A stretch of DNA of 64,000 nt from Dehalococcoidia bacterium (GCA_963555985.3 OY820591.1:1184001-1248000), one strand, 5' to 3'; counted from the stretch's first letter, positions 27,722 through 38,487 are shown. A program made the numbers and translations. Notes: generated from the sequence alone by a model not told the origin.

Positions 27722-28402
27722 ATGAACCTCTCGCCCCAGCGCCGACGACGAGCCCTCGAAGCCCACCATCTCCGCCAGCACGGCCTCCCCCTGCGCGTCA
27801 TCGCCAAGCAACTCGGCGTCTCCCACGCCACCGTGCACAGCGACCTCAAGCTGCTCGAGACCCACTGGAGCGAGATCGCCCAGGCGGTCGCCGACGACCT
27901 CCTGCTCGACCAGCTCAGCCAGCTCCGTCAGCGGCTCGCTCAGCACATGGAGTCCAACCCCTACGAGCTGCTCCAGGGCGAGCAGCTGCGCCCGCCCGAC
28001 CAGATCCGCCTCTTCGCCGTGCAGATGCAGGAGTTCAACACGCTCTGCCGCGAGATTCGGCGCACCGCCGAAGCGGTCCAACGCCGCGCCCGCCAGCGCC
28101 TCAAGGAGCAACCCGCCGAAGCCCCGGACTATCCCGAGGCCGAACTGACGGACGCGCCCCGGACTCGCAAGCGGGCCCGTCCCCAGCCGAGCGAGCGTCC
28201 AACCCCGGCTGAACCGGGCCAACCGGAGCTGACCACGGCTAACCACGTCAACGGGCGTTCGCCCCAGCCGGCAAAGGAAATGCGTCCAATCGCAGCGTCG
28301 CAAGAAAATGCTCCCGCCGACCCCGACTTCGAGCGTCTCCTGAGCGAAGCCCAGACCTTCCTCGCACAGCTCTCCCCCTTCGCCGACGCCGCCGGCGGCT
28401 GA
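27722..28402 (+). CDS. Orphan HTH + coiled-coil protein, paralog 1
   Basis: LRVIAKQLGVSHATVHSDL HTH; AAGGAG RBS; clear similarity to 40396-41202. Confidence 0.75.
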   Translation: MNLSPQRRRRALEAHHLRQHGLPLRVIAKQLGVSHATVHSDLKLLETHWSEIAQAVADDLLLDQLSQLRQRLAQHMESNPYELLQGEQLRPPDQIRLFAVQMQEFNTLCREIRRTAEAVQRRARQRLKEQPAEAPDYPEAELTDAPRTRKRARPQPSERPTPAEPGQPELTTANHVNGRSPQPAKEMRPIAASQENAPADPDFERLLSEAQTFLAQLSPFADAAGG

Positions 28403-28410
28403 CTCCGCCC

Positions 28411-28642
28411 CTCCCTGACCGCTCTCCCCCTTGAGAGCCTGTCCCCGCGCAGGGAGACCGTCGCAACACTCCCATCTCCGTCATTCCCGCGAACGCGGGA
28501 ATCCATACGGCGTCTCGAGTGGGACGTGGATTCCCGCCTGCGGAGAGCGTTGCCAAAGGCGCGATCTCCCCTCTCCCCCTGCATCGCGGGGGGAGATGTC
28601 GCGCAGAGCCTGCCCCCGCGAAGGCGGGGGACAGAGGGGGGT
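28411..28642. repeat. Nested mosaic of palindromic repeats downstream of HTH paralog 1
   Basis: ctccctgaccgctctcccccttgag (24/25 match to 27427), GAGACCGTCGCAACA, dRS3-like 28483-28502, 23-nt insert 28607-28629. Confidence 0.85.
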
Positions 28643-28774
28643 CCCAACCAACCTTCACCGACACCCACACATACCAACCCCCACCCCGCCCTAGCTGGAA
28701 ATCCCCATTTCGCCTTAGCATTGTCCCGATCGTTCGTGCGAGCGCCCCATCCCGCTCGCAGACTGAGGCGGATC

Positions 28775-31354
28775 ATGCCCGGACCGCTTGACGGCATTCG
28801 CGTCCTCGACCTGTCACGCCACGTGGCCGGCCCCTACGCATCCAAGCTGCTGGCCGACTACGGCGCTCGCGTGATCAAAGCCGAGCCGCGCGGCGGCGAC
28901 CCCGCACGCCGTTTCGGACCCTTCCCCAATCGCAAGCCCAACCCCGAAGCCTCCGGACTCTTCCTCTTTCTCAACACCAACAAACAATCGATCGTGGTCG
29001 ATCCGCACACCGACGACGGCGCCGCGACCGTCCGCCGACTCGCCCGCCAGGTCGACGTCGTGATTGAAGACCTGCCGCCGGGTGAGGCAGCCGAGGCGGG
29101 CTGGGGTTGGGAAGTCCTGCACGCGCTCAATCCGAGGCTGGTGCTGTGCTCGATCACGCCGTTCGGCCAGACCGGACCCTATCGCGGCTACCGCGGCTCC
29201 GAACTGACCCTGCAAGCGATCGGCGGCCCGCTCCACGCCACCGGCGCGGCCGACCGCGAACCGCTCAAACTGGCTGGCCACTATGCCCAATACCACGCCG
29301 GCGCGACCGCCGCGCTTGCCATTCTCCTGGCTCTGCGGCGTACCGCTGGGCATCGGCGCGCCGGCGACTGGATCGACCTCTCCATCTACCGCTGTCAGGC
29401 TGGCTGCCGCGATCGGCGCACGATCCATCTCACCGCTGCCGCCTACAGCGGCGTCAGCCCCAAGCGCGCGCAGCCGGGCAGCAGGCCGGTTGGCTTCGGC
29501 ATCTACTCCTGCGCCGACGGCTCCGTCAATCTGATGGGCGCCGGCAATCGTTTGCCCCGCCTGCTCCGCTGGATCGGACGCGAAGACCTGCTTGAAGATC
29601 CCGACTACCTCGCCGGCCCCCGACCGGGCTCCGGCTTCGGCCGGCGCGTCGATCAAGCCGTAGAAGCGTTCCTGGCCGAAATCGGGAAGGTAGAGGCCAC
29701 CGCTCAGGCGCAGGCCGCCGGACTGCTCGCAGGCGCAGTCATGACCGTTGCCGACGTGCTCGACGACCCCCAGCTCGCCGCGCGCGAGTGGTGGCGGCCA
29801 ATCGCCCACTGGCACGGTGACGAACTGCCTTACCCGGGATTGCCCTTCCGCCTCAGCGCCAGCCCGCCCGATCCGCCCAAGCGAGCGCCCCGGTTGGGCG
29901 AACATTCGCGGATCGTGTTCGACTTCGCCCCGCCCGATCCCGCAGAGGCCGCCCCCCCTCCCGTGCGGCCCGACGCCGACGATCCGCTCCCGCTGCCGCT
30001 CGAGGGCATCCGCGTTGCCGCGATCACAGTCGTTTGGGCCGGACCCCACGTCGCCCAGCTGCTCGCGGAGTGGGGCGCGGACGTGATCCAGGTCGAACCC
30101 GTCAACCGCATCCAGCCCTACACCAGAGGAGCCGAAAACGTTCCCACTCGTGACGCGCTGGAGCGCGGCGCCGCGCGCGGTGTCCAACCCCAATACCCGG
30201 ACGCAGACCCCGGTGATGACCCTTGGAACCGCTTCGCCTCCTTCAACTCCCACGCGCGCAACAAACGATCCATGACCTGCGACATCATGTCGCCGGAGGG
30301 ACGCGAAGCGTTTCTGAAGCTGATTCGGCATTGCGACGTACTCGTCGAAAACAACGTCCCCCAGACCATCGCCAAGGCCGGGATCACCTGGGAAGAGCTG
30401 CGCGAGGTCAATCCACGCCTGATCATGCTGCGAATGCCCGCCTTCGGCCTCGAAGGGCCGTACAGCTCCTACCGCGCCTTTGGGCTGCACGTCGAAGCCA
30501 TGGTCGGCCACACCCATCTGCGCGGATATCCCGATCGCGGGCCGGAAGGAATCGGCGAAACGCTCGCCTCCGACGGCATGTCCGGCGTGCAGGGGGCAGT
30601 CGCAGTGCTGATGGCGCTGCGCCAGCGCGACCTCAGCGGCGAGGGCCAGCAGATCGAGATGCCGCTCACCGAAGGATTCATCCCCACCCTGGCCGAATAC
30701 CTCTTCGACTACACCATGAACGGCGAGAATCCGCCTCCGCAGGCGAACTCGCACCGCTGGAGCGCCCCCCACGGCGTCTACCCCTGTGAGGGCGACGATC
30801 AGTGGATCGCGATTGACGTTGGTTCCGATGCGGAGTTCGTAGCGCTCTGCACCGCGCTCGCCGCCGGACCCGGCAAGGCCGCGGTCCAGTCTGAGATCAC
30901 GCACGCCCCGCTCGACACCCGTTTCGCCCACGCCGAAGGGCGGCGCGCCCACCGCATCGAACTCGACCGCCTGATCGCGATCGAGACTCAAGCCTGGAAC
31001 AAACAGGATCTCTTCCACGCCCTCCAACAAGCCGGCGTCTGCGCCGCGCCCCTGAACGATCCCTTGGAAGCGATGGCTGATCCCCACCTGAACGCGGTCG
31101 GCTTTTTCGAGGAACAGACAATCGAGGGCGTGGGTACGCACCGCTATCCCGGCCTCACCATTCAGATGCGGCGCACATCCAATCAGCTGCGCACGCCGCC
31201 CTCCAAACTGGGCGAACATAACCGTGAGCTCTACCTCGACTTGCTCGGATACAGCGAAGCTCAACTCGCTGCGCTGGAAGCGCGCGGGCTGGTGGGCGAC
31301 GCCTATCCGGACGAACTCCTGCCCCGACACATGCGCAGAGATCCCGCCTCCTGA
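28775..31354 (+). CDS. Family III CoA-transferase (CaiB/BaiF), tandem double domain
   Basis: PLDGIRVLDL..AGP..LADYGA and PLEGIRV..WAGP..LAEWGA; N.NK/RNKRS in both halves. Confidence 0.9.
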   Translation: MPGPLDGIRVLDLSRHVAGPYASKLLADYGARVIKAEPRGGDPARRFGPFPNRKPNPEASGLFLFLNTNKQSIVVDPHTDDGAATVRRLARQVDVVIEDLPPGEAAEAGWGWEVLHALNPRLVLCSITPFGQTGPYRGYRGSELTLQAIGGPLHATGAADREPLKLAGHYAQYHAGATAALAILLALRRTAGHRRAGDWIDLSIYRCQAGCRDRRTIHLTAAAYSGVSPKRAQPGSRPVGFGIYSCADGSVNLMGAGNRLPRLLRWIGREDLLEDPDYLAGPRPGSGFGRRVDQAVEAFLAEIGKVEATAQAQAAGLLAGAVMTVADVLDDPQLAAREWWRPIAHWHGDELPYPGLPFRLSASPPDPPKRAPRLGEHSRIVFDFAPPDPAEAAPPPVRPDADDPLPLPLEGIRVAAITVVWAGPHVAQLLAEWGADVIQVEPVNRIQPYTRGAENVPTRDALERGAARGVQPQYPDADPGDDPWNRFASFNSHARNKRSMTCDIMSPEGREAFLKLIRHCDVLVENNVPQTIAKAGITWEELREVNPRLIMLRMPAFGLEGPYSSYRAFGLHVEAMVGHTHLRGYPDRGPEGIGETLASDGMSGVQGAVAVLMALRQRDLSGEGQQIEMPLTEGFIPTLAEYLFDYTMNGENPPPQANSHRWSAPHGVYPCEGDDQWIAIDVGSDAEFVALCTALAAGPGKAAVQSEITHAPLDTRFAHAEGRRAHRIELDRLIAIETQAWNKQDLFHALQQAGVCAAPLNDPLEAMADPHLNAVGFFEEQTIEGVGTHRYPGLTIQMRRTSNQLRTPPSKLGEHNRELYLDLLGYSEAQLAALEARGLVGDAYPDELLPRHMRRDPAS

Positions 31355-31375
31355 CACACTCTCGATCGGAGAACG

Positions 31376-31978
31376 ATGATGCCTGAACCACGCCTCGCCC
31401 CACAGACCTTCGAGACGCTGGACGACGCCCAGCGAACGCTCTGGGACAACATCACAACGGGGCCGCGCGCCAACCCCGATCGCCCTCACGGCGGACTCGC
31501 CGGCTCGGACGGCGCTCTGATTGGTCCCTTCAACGCCCTCTTCCTCTCGCCCGAAATCGGCGACGCCGCCCAGAAGCTGGGCGCGGCCCTGCGCTACAGC
31601 ACGGAGCTCCCCGCCGACCTGCTGGAAACCGCGATCATCACCATCGGCGGTCACTGGCGCGCCAACTTCGAGTTCTGGGCGCACGCCCGCCTCGCCGCCA
31701 ATGCAGGCGTCGACCAAGACGCGATCGAGGCCGTCCACGACGGCAAGTCGGCCAACTTTGGCAACGACGCCCAGCAGACCGTGTACCAGTTCGGTCGGGA
31801 ACTGATCGAGAACCAACGGGTGTCCAACGAGACCTACGAAGCGCTCAAGGCCCTCGTCGGCGAGCGGGGCGTCTTCGAAATCGCAACCGTGATGGGCTAC
31901 TACTCCCTGGTCTCAATCGGCCTCAACGCCTTCAACGTCGCCATGCCCCCAGGCGTCGAAGCCCCCTTCGACGACTAG
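31376..31978 (+). CDS. Carboxymuconolactone decarboxylase/AhpD-like protein
   Basis: GPFNA..SP, ETAII..EFWAH, V.GYY. Confidence 0.75.
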   Translation: MMPEPRLAPQTFETLDDAQRTLWDNITTGPRANPDRPHGGLAGSDGALIGPFNALFLSPEIGDAAQKLGAALRYSTELPADLLETAIITIGGHWRANFEFWAHARLAANAGVDQDAIEAVHDGKSANFGNDAQQTVYQFGRELIENQRVSNETYEALKALVGERGVFEIATVMGYYSLVSIGLNAFNVAMPPGVEAPFDD

Positions 31979-31984
31979 AGGCGC

Positions 31985-34900
31985 CTAGAACTGCAACCAG
32001 CGCGTCGGCCCGACCGCGTCGATCTCGACCCAGAGCGCCTGACCGTACGCCAACGGCTCCGTCGCCGAGCGCGACTCCTCCACGTCGTACGTCCGACCGT
32101 TCAGCTTCACCGACACGAGCGGCTCCGCCTTCATCCCGCGCAGCGGAGCGATGGCGTCCGTCAGCGGTTTGTCCGGCGTGCCCAGCCAGCAGACGAGGTT
32201 GCGGCCGGGTTGCAGGTGGAATCCGACACCGCCGTAGGGCGCATCGGGCCAGTGGAGGGTTTGGCCGTTGCGGACGCGGACGTAGTAGGCGCGGCCCTGT
32301 TCGAGTTGGTCGAGGGTGTTCGCTGAGGCGGAGATATCGGGCGAGTACATTTGCCACGATGCGGCGTCCGCGTCCCAGGCGTAGATGGCCTGGAGGCCGT
32401 CAAGGTTGAGGTCTGCGATCGGTTGGGTGGCGTCGGTCCAACCTCGGAGATGGAGGCCCTGGCTCAGGGTTTCGCCCTGCGCCGGGTCGTGGATCGTGTA
32501 GTAGGCGACAGTGCGGCGCTCAAGTTCGTCGGCGTTGGTGATCCGAACCGATCCGATGTAGAAGCCAGGTGCGAGCCAGAAGCCGAAATCGGCGCGTCCC
32601 CAGAGTCGACCGCTGAACACTGCATCGCTCATCCGAATCGTCAATGTCTTCCATGTCCGATTACCGGTCTCCGCTCCACCCCAATGCCATACCGGCCGTT
32701 CGGGATCATCGATCGTGTCGACCGTCACGTTCAGAGAGTCTCCTACGTCAGCAGCATCAAAGTACTCGATCTTCAACGTGACGTCGCCGCCCCCATCGGG
32801 GACGATGCGACGGTCGACCCCAAAGGCGAACTGCCGCCACTGATCAACAGGCAGCGGGCGTCTTGCGGGTCTACCAAGATGTTCGAATGTCCCGACGGTT
32901 TGATCTGGAATGGCCAGCTCGACGATGCCATCCTCTTCGTTCACCAGACCTAGGCGAATCTCCACAACGAACTCTTGCCGCTCCTTTTCGGTGACGAGCA
33001 CATTTTGGTAACTGAACGTGATACCGCCGGAGCGCACAATGCCTCCGCGGCTCCCGATCGAATCGCCCTTCCGATTAACGCCAGCGACTTGAACACTCGT
33101 GCCTTCCTCCCAGTCCGAAAGGCTCGCTATCACAATCGATGTGTCCGAACCCATCGGCTGGCGCACAACAACTCCGTTCGATTTCCGTTGCTCTATCAGA
33201 TAGTGCTCACCTGAGCTCAACACATGGCTGTTGAATCTCTGGAAGACACCCCCTGTGATCGATCCATCACTTAACATGGAGACGACTCCGCCTGGAACCA
33301 GTGTATGATCTCCTACATCAACTGGCCGCTCAGCCCAGTTCGCGGTGACTGTCGCATTGGCAAAGCGGCTAATCGTCATGCTGTTGAGATCACCTGACCA
33401 TTCGTACATTTGCTCATCAGCGTACGGACCCAGAACGTGGTACGCGAATGCAGTGACCACAGGGAGCCAGGGACTGTGATAAGCTTGCAGATCAAAGTTG
33501 AGTTGGTGTCCATAGGCGAGACTCCAACGCAGCATGTCTAGAGACTCCGTTACTTCTGGTCCACCTGTACCAGCGAGTTGCACTTGGTACAAGAGCACCT
33601 TGTCACGCACCATCATCGAAGAAAGTGGGTAGTACTCCCATACCACTTCACCCCATTGACGCTTCCAGTGCTGGTCCCAAGTCAACATCGTAGACATGAA
33701 GGCGACCACAGTCTCAGCGACGCGGTCGTCACCCGATTCAGTTGTGAGCATTTGCGATCGGTACTCTTTAGTGAAATCGAACCAGAGATCCGAATATGCA
33801 CGCGGCGAGGGTGACGATTCGGCGTAGTCCCAAATCCACGGACGTGCTCCAATCTGATCGAGGTAGATGAGATCAGATCGTTCTTGGTGATGGAGGTTCA
33901 TCAGATAGGCAAGGCGCTCTTGCGCACGCGAATCTGATGGTGAGATCACAACGCCTGGTTTGAAGTCGAAGAAGGTCTCCCGCACCGGATCCCAATAGGC
34001 ATATTCCTCTCGGCGAACTGTGCCATCCGGCTCAATCACGGCGAGATCTTCGAGCGTCGTGCCACGTTCTGATAGCCAAGTTTCTGAGGGAGTGCCCGGA
34101 TTCCACCAGGTCGGATTGATATAGGGCATGACCAAGTAGCCTTGGCGTTGGAGAGCCCCGAAAGTATCTCGGTACCCCTGTACTCCTCCTAGTCGCGGGT
34201 CTGGCGGCCACCAATCGGGGTTCTGGCGGTCGAACTCCAACTCAGTGAAAGCGGGATTTTGCAAGATCCCCGGTGCTGCGAGGTCATTGATTGCGTCTGC
34301 GTATTCCGCAAAAGTCTGAAATCGCGCCCAATCGACGGCATGTAAGCCGTGCATGGCGAACTGCGGTGATCGAAGAAGCACGCCGTGCAAGTCGCCGAGC
34401 TTCTCTTCGAGACTGGGGTATGTGTCGATCAAGTTTACCCTGCGGTAGTCGGCAATCACGGCTGGTAGCAGTTCACCGATACTAATCCGCACGCTAGGTG
34501 TCTGGAACGACCCTGGCGCTTCCGCGCCGACGGAGAAAACGTGCTCGCGGATCGTTGCAGCCGGACGAGATTGCCATAGGGCGCGATACCCAGATTGGAT
34601 TGGAGCACGCGGGCCGGGTGAAATCGCGTAGGTTGCCAAGCTTCCAGCGTCACAATCCACCCATGTGAGGTCGCCGCATTGAGTCCCACCCGGATAGGTG
34701 TCAGTGTAATGGTGGTTGTCAAGCTCGAAGAAGGAGCGTTGCAACAATGTGCCCGGTAATTTCGTGATTAGGGCTTGCTTGATATTGGCCACAGTGAAAC
34801 GGAGGTGGTTCGGAAAGGAGAGCCCGTCCAGACGCGGACCTTGCTCATGCTGTACACGAGCTGTTAGATCAAACCACGGAGAATCGCTGGTTTCGATGTC

Positions 34901-35320
34901 GACCCGCACACTGAGTCGTACTATTTCGCCGTGAAAATCCCAATTCATGCTGAGGTGAGCTTGGCCGTCCCAGTTGGCGCGAAAGTTCGCCTGTTGCACT
35001 CTGCTGCTACCGATCCGCTGTGGCTCGGCGCTAAAATATGCTGCCCACAGCGACCTGTCCGCGTTGCCCTCCGAGACTACGCCGCCGCCGCGTTTGTCGT
35101 AGATTCTGGTGATGGCTCCGTTTCGACGATCGAAGTCCACCTCGTAGTAGCGGTTGCCCAGCGTTAGCTTCGAGGCGGACTCTCTGAAGTAGGGAGCGTC
35201 GTGCGTTTGCTCTTCTTGCGCGCTGCTCCGTTTGCCGCCGAGGCCGAGCGCGGAGAGAGCGGCGCCGACGCCGAGCCGGGCGGCGGTTTGGAGGAGGCGG
35301 CGTCGGCTGAGCTTGGGCAT
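31985..35320 (-). CDS. Tat-exported putative glycoside-hydrolase-like protein with C-terminal duplicated surface domain
   Basis: SRRRLLQ twin-arginine signal; MPYINPTWW, IYLDQIG, TTESG TIM-barrel-like motifs; C-terminal L..G.NL..W repeats. Confidence 0.6.
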   Translation of the reverse strand: MPKLSRRRLLQTAARLGVGAALSALGLGGKRSSAQEEQTHDAPYFRESASKLTLGNRYYEVDFDRRNGAITRIYDKRGGGVVSEGNADRSLWAAYFSAEPQRIGSSRVQQANFRANWDGQAHLSMNWDFHGEIVRLSVRVDIETSDSPWFDLTARVQHEQGPRLDGLSFPNHLRFTVANIKQALITKLPGTLLQRSFFELDNHHYTDTYPGGTQCGDLTWVDCDAGSLATYAISPGPRAPIQSGYRALWQSRPAATIREHVFSVGAEAPGSFQTPSVRISIGELLPAVIADYRRVNLIDTYPSLEEKLGDLHGVLLRSPQFAMHGLHAVDWARFQTFAEYADAINDLAAPGILQNPAFTELEFDRQNPDWWPPDPRLGGVQGYRDTFGALQRQGYLVMPYINPTWWNPGTPSETWLSERGTTLEDLAVIEPDGTVRREEYAYWDPVRETFFDFKPGVVISPSDSRAQERLAYLMNLHHQERSDLIYLDQIGARPWIWDYAESSPSPRAYSDLWFDFTKEYRSQMLTTESGDDRVAETVVAFMSTMLTWDQHWKRQWGEVVWEYYPLSSMMVRDKVLLYQVQLAGTGGPEVTESLDMLRWSLAYGHQLNFDLQAYHSPWLPVVTAFAYHVLGPYADEQMYEWSGDLNSMTISRFANATVTANWAERPVDVGDHTLVPGGVVSMLSDGSITGGVFQRFNSHVLSSGEHYLIEQRKSNGVVVRQPMGSDTSIVIASLSDWEEGTSVQVAGVNRKGDSIGSRGGIVRSGGITFSYQNVLVTEKERQEFVVEIRLGLVNEEDGIVELAIPDQTVGTFEHLGRPARRPLPVDQWRQFAFGVDRRIVPDGGGDVTLKIEYFDAADVGDSLNVTVDTIDDPERPVWHWGGAETGNRTWKTLTIRMSDAVFSGRLWGRADFGFWLAPGFYIGSVRITNADELERRTVAYYTIHDPAQGETLSQGLHLRGWTDATQPIADLNLDGLQAIYAWDADAASWQMYSPDISASANTLDQLEQGRAYYVRVRNGQTLHWPDAPYGGVGFHLQPGRNLVCWLGTPDKPLTDAIAPLRGMKAEPLVSVKLNGRTYDVEESRSATEPLAYGQALWVEIDAVGPTRWLQF

Positions 35321-35415
35321 GGCTGTCCGGTGAAAGAGGCTGTGGAGTTGGGCAAGGGGAGCGGATAGGATAGCCCGCGAGCGGGTGGACGCCGCCCTGC
35401 GATTGGGGGCTACTT

Positions 35416-36264
35416 GTGCTGACCGACGCGGATCGCGCCTTCTTCGATCAGAACGGTTATCTCGTCGTGCGGAACTTGATTCCGCCCGAGCTGGTGGCGC
35501 GCGTAACGGACGCCATCTGGGACTTCCTCGAATTCGACCGCGACGATCCCTCCAACTGGTACCGCGAACCGCACCGCGCCAACGGCATGATCGAGATGTA
35601 CCACCATCAAGCGCTCTGGGACGTGCGTCAGCATCCGCCGGTCTACGAGCTCTTCCGCGATCTGTTCGGGCGCGACGACCTCTGGGTCTTCATCGACCGC
35701 GCCAACCTCAAACCGCCGCCCCATCCCGATCACCCTCAGTACGACCATCGCGGGATGGTGCATTGGGATATCGACGTGCGTCAGCAGCCCCTGCCCTTCC
35801 TTGTCCAGGGCGTGCTCTACCTCGTGGACACCAAAGCGGGCGAAGGCGGCTTTCAGTGCGTGCCGGGCGTCCACCGCTGGGTCTCCGACTGGGCGCAGGG
35901 ACGGCCGGATGACGACATTCGGCACCAGCAGTTGCAAGAGCGCTTTCCCGGTGAGATCGCGCCGGTCGTCGAGGTAGAGGCGAACGCGGGCGACTTCATC
36001 ATCTGGCACTCCGCGCTGCCGCACGGCAACAGCCGCAACAAGTCGGACAAGCCTCGCTTGGCGCAGTACGTGCGCTGCTTCCCGGCCGAACCGGGGAACC
36101 GCGCACTCCGCGAAGCGCGGATTCAGTCTTGGCGCGAACGCACCCACCCGGCCTTTCAAAATCCGCGCGCCTTTCCGGGCGACCCACGCAGCCGCGAAGC
36201 CGAATCCCCGGCGGCGGAACTGTCGCCGCTCGGACGTCGCTTGCTCGGCCTGAAGGACTGGTAG
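35416..36264 (+). CDS. Phytanoyl-CoA dioxygenase (PhyH) family
   Basis: FDQNGYLVV, HWD, GGFQCVPG.H, AGD..IWHS.LPHG..N. Confidence 0.88.
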   Translation: MLTDADRAFFDQNGYLVVRNLIPPELVARVTDAIWDFLEFDRDDPSNWYREPHRANGMIEMYHHQALWDVRQHPPVYELFRDLFGRDDLWVFIDRANLKPPPHPDHPQYDHRGMVHWDIDVRQQPLPFLVQGVLYLVDTKAGEGGFQCVPGVHRWVSDWAQGRPDDDIRHQQLQERFPGEIAPVVEVEANAGDFIIWHSALPHGNSRNKSDKPRLAQYVRCFPAEPGNRALREARIQSWRERTHPAFQNPRAFPGDPRSREAESPAAELSPLGRRLLGLKDW

Positions 36265-36413
36265 GCAAAGCGCTTGATTGCGCTTTCGCAGTTGCCGCTA
36301 CATAATCCAGCGAGCCGAGCTAGTGTCGCCCTCGCGAACACGCGCCCGGAACGGCTCGGCGTCCGCCGCCATGACTGTGGTTGAGGGGCGACGGGCAACA
36401 AGCCAAGCTGCCG

Positions 36414-37340
36414 ATGCTGATCGTTGAGTTCCTGCTGGTTGTCGCGCTGATCGGCGCTGAGGCTGCCGCCGAGCCTCCGCCGGTGGTGCAGGCGCTCTAT
36501 CTGGGGCCGAGAATCCTGGACATGCGCGGGGAAGTGGATGCGGAGGTGCAGGAGCGAGTCTTCCGCTTTGCCGAGCAGGGTCTGATCAACGGAATCGTCC
36601 TGGATATCAAGCACGAGGACGGGCGGGTGTTGAGTCTGGCCGCGACGGAGCGGGCGCGGCGGTATGGGGCGGTCAAAGGCCAGGCGGGAGCAGGCGTGAT
36701 CGAGTTTCTGGAGGAGGCTCGGCGGCGAGGGATTTGGCTGATCGGACGGGTGACGGCGTTCAAAGACATCGTTGCCTATCACCACGTCGAACCTCACCAG
36801 CGTCTGTCTCGGGAGGATTGTGATTGGCGTACCTGCTGGCTGGCGCCGCATTCCCGCTCGGCGCGCGAATACGTGATTGAGATCGCCACCGCGGCAGCGC
36901 CCTACTTTGACGAGATCATGTTCGACTATGTGCGCTACCCGGATGACCACATCTTTGCTTCCGCGAGCCGGCGCGAGGCGGCGGTGACGGCGTTTGCGCG
37001 TGAGGCTTGCGCTGCAATTCGTGAAGTTGGAGCGCAGGTGTCGTTCGCAGTGTTCGCGGGGGTGGCGGTCTGGCGGGGCGAACAGGGAATTGGCCAGACG
37101 GCGACGATGCCGGGCTGCGCGGACACGGTCTCGCCGATGGTCTATCCGTCTCACGAGGGTGTGGAACGGTTGGGAGTGGATCGCTTGGTGGCTGCGGCGG
37201 CGGAACGTTGGGGCGGACACCGGCTGCGGCCCTGGTACGAGTTTCACAACCATGGCCGCCAGATCTCAAGCGGCGAGCCGTATGCGGAGGCAGGCTGGCT
37301 CATCTGGGATCCGAAAGGGTATGCGCTGGAGCAGTGGTGA
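36414..37340 (+). CDS. Putative glycoside hydrolase (DUF4015-like)
   Basis: VLDIK..DG, R...FKD, FDEIMFDYVRYPD, SPMVYPSH, LRPW. Confidence 0.7.
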   Translation: MLIVEFLLVVALIGAEAAAEPPPVVQALYLGPRILDMRGEVDAEVQERVFRFAEQGLINGIVLDIKHEDGRVLSLAATERARRYGAVKGQAGAGVIEFLEEARRRGIWLIGRVTAFKDIVAYHHVEPHQRLSREDCDWRTCWLAPHSRSAREYVIEIATAAAPYFDEIMFDYVRYPDDHIFASASRREAAVTAFAREACAAIREVGAQVSFAVFAGVAVWRGEQGIGQTATMPGCADTVSPMVYPSHEGVERLGVDRLVAAAAERWGGHRLRPWYEFHNHGRQISSGEPYAEAGWLIWDPKGYALEQW

Positions 37341-37352
37341 GCGCGGATCGGC

Positions 37353-38288
37353 TCAGGCTTCGTCGGCGCGGGGCCACTGCACGATGGCGCTGCCCGCCAC
37401 CAGCAAGGCGACGCCCAGGGCCAGTTCGGGACCGACTGATTCGCCCAGGATGAGCCAGCTCCAGATCACGCCGAAGATCGGCGCCATCAGCATGGTCGCC
37501 GCCACGCGCGAGGGCAGGTAGCGCTGGAGCAGCCAGACGTTGCCGATGAAGCCGAACCCCCCGATCACGACGCCTTGATAGAGCAACGCAGCGAGGAACT
37601 CCGGGGACCAGACCGGCCCCGATTCCAGCAACCATCCCGCGAGCCCGAAGACGATCACGCTCCAAACCGACTGAGTCATCAAGAGCCGGGCCGGGTGGAT
37701 GCCCTGCGAGAAGTGCGAGAGGTAGATCTGCCGGGTGCCGAGCAGCATCGCCGAGGTGAGAGTCATCAGGTCTCCGCCCCAGCTTGCGCCCTCATCGGCG
37801 AGGCCGCCGGCGAAGACGACCACGACGCCGGAGTAGGCCAAGAGCAGGCCGCCGGTGCGGCCGCGGCTCATGCGGTCGCCGGGGACGAGGAAGTGTCCGA
37901 GGATCGCAGTCCAGAGTGGGAAGGTGAAGATCAGGACGGAAGCGTGTCCGGCGGTGGTGTGGTCGCCGCCGACGTACATGAGCATGGTCTGAACGACGAA
38001 GAGGACGCCGAGTCCGAACAGCGCGCGCCACTCTCGGCGCGGCGGCATGAGCGAGGTTCGGGTGACGATGGCGTAGAGGATCACGACCAGGCCGCCGAGC
38101 GTCATGCGCAGGGCGGAGAGTCGGAGCGGGCCGGCGTCGGCGAGACCGGCTTTGATGGCGACGGGCTGGCCGCCCCAAAGCATGACCAGCAACAGAGCGA
38201 ACGCGCCGGAGCGGAGCGTCAGCGGACGCCGGGCAGGCGCAGCGGGCGGCAGCAGCGTCGTCTGGGCGGCGCGGGGGCGTTGGGACAT
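37353..38288 (-). CDS. DMT/EamA family transporter
   Basis: 10 TM helices in two EamA repeats. Confidence 0.85.
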   Translation of the reverse strand: MSQRPRAAQTTLLPPAAPARRPLTLRSGAFALLLVMLWGGQPVAIKAGLADAGPLRLSALRMTLGGLVVILYAIVTRTSLMPPRREWRALFGLGVLFVVQTMLMYVGGDHTTAGHASVLIFTFPLWTAILGHFLVPGDRMSRGRTGGLLLAYSGVVVVFAGGLADEGASWGGDLMTLTSAMLLGTRQIYLSHFSQGIHPARLLMTQSVWSVIVFGLAGWLLESGPVWSPEFLAALLYQGVVIGGFGFIGNVWLLQRYLPSRVAATMLMAPIFGVIWSWLILGESVGPELALGVALLVAGSAIVQWPRADEA

Positions 38289-38487
38289 TCCCGCAGGTTA
38301 GGCGGCGGGATCGATGGGCTTTAGGTTGGCGGGAGGCGAGCGCATTCGGGTTGGCGTGTTCGCAGTTCGGCGCTTGTCGGGTCTGCCTTCTCTGTCTCCG
38401 CGTGCGCAGGGGACAGGCCCCACGACAAGCGCGGGTATGACGAGTAACGGCATAGCGGGGGCGAGTGTGGCGGCTACGTATGGGTCT

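Noticed and set aside
28526-28774. N-terminal extension of the CaiB ORF (likewise 43651-43755 for the LLM gene)
   Set aside because: Translation of repeat DNA; the family N-terminus and RBS point to the later starts
28814-31816. 1000-aa minus-strand ORF
   Set aside because: Antisense shadow of the CaiB and CMD genes; no motifs; expected at high GC
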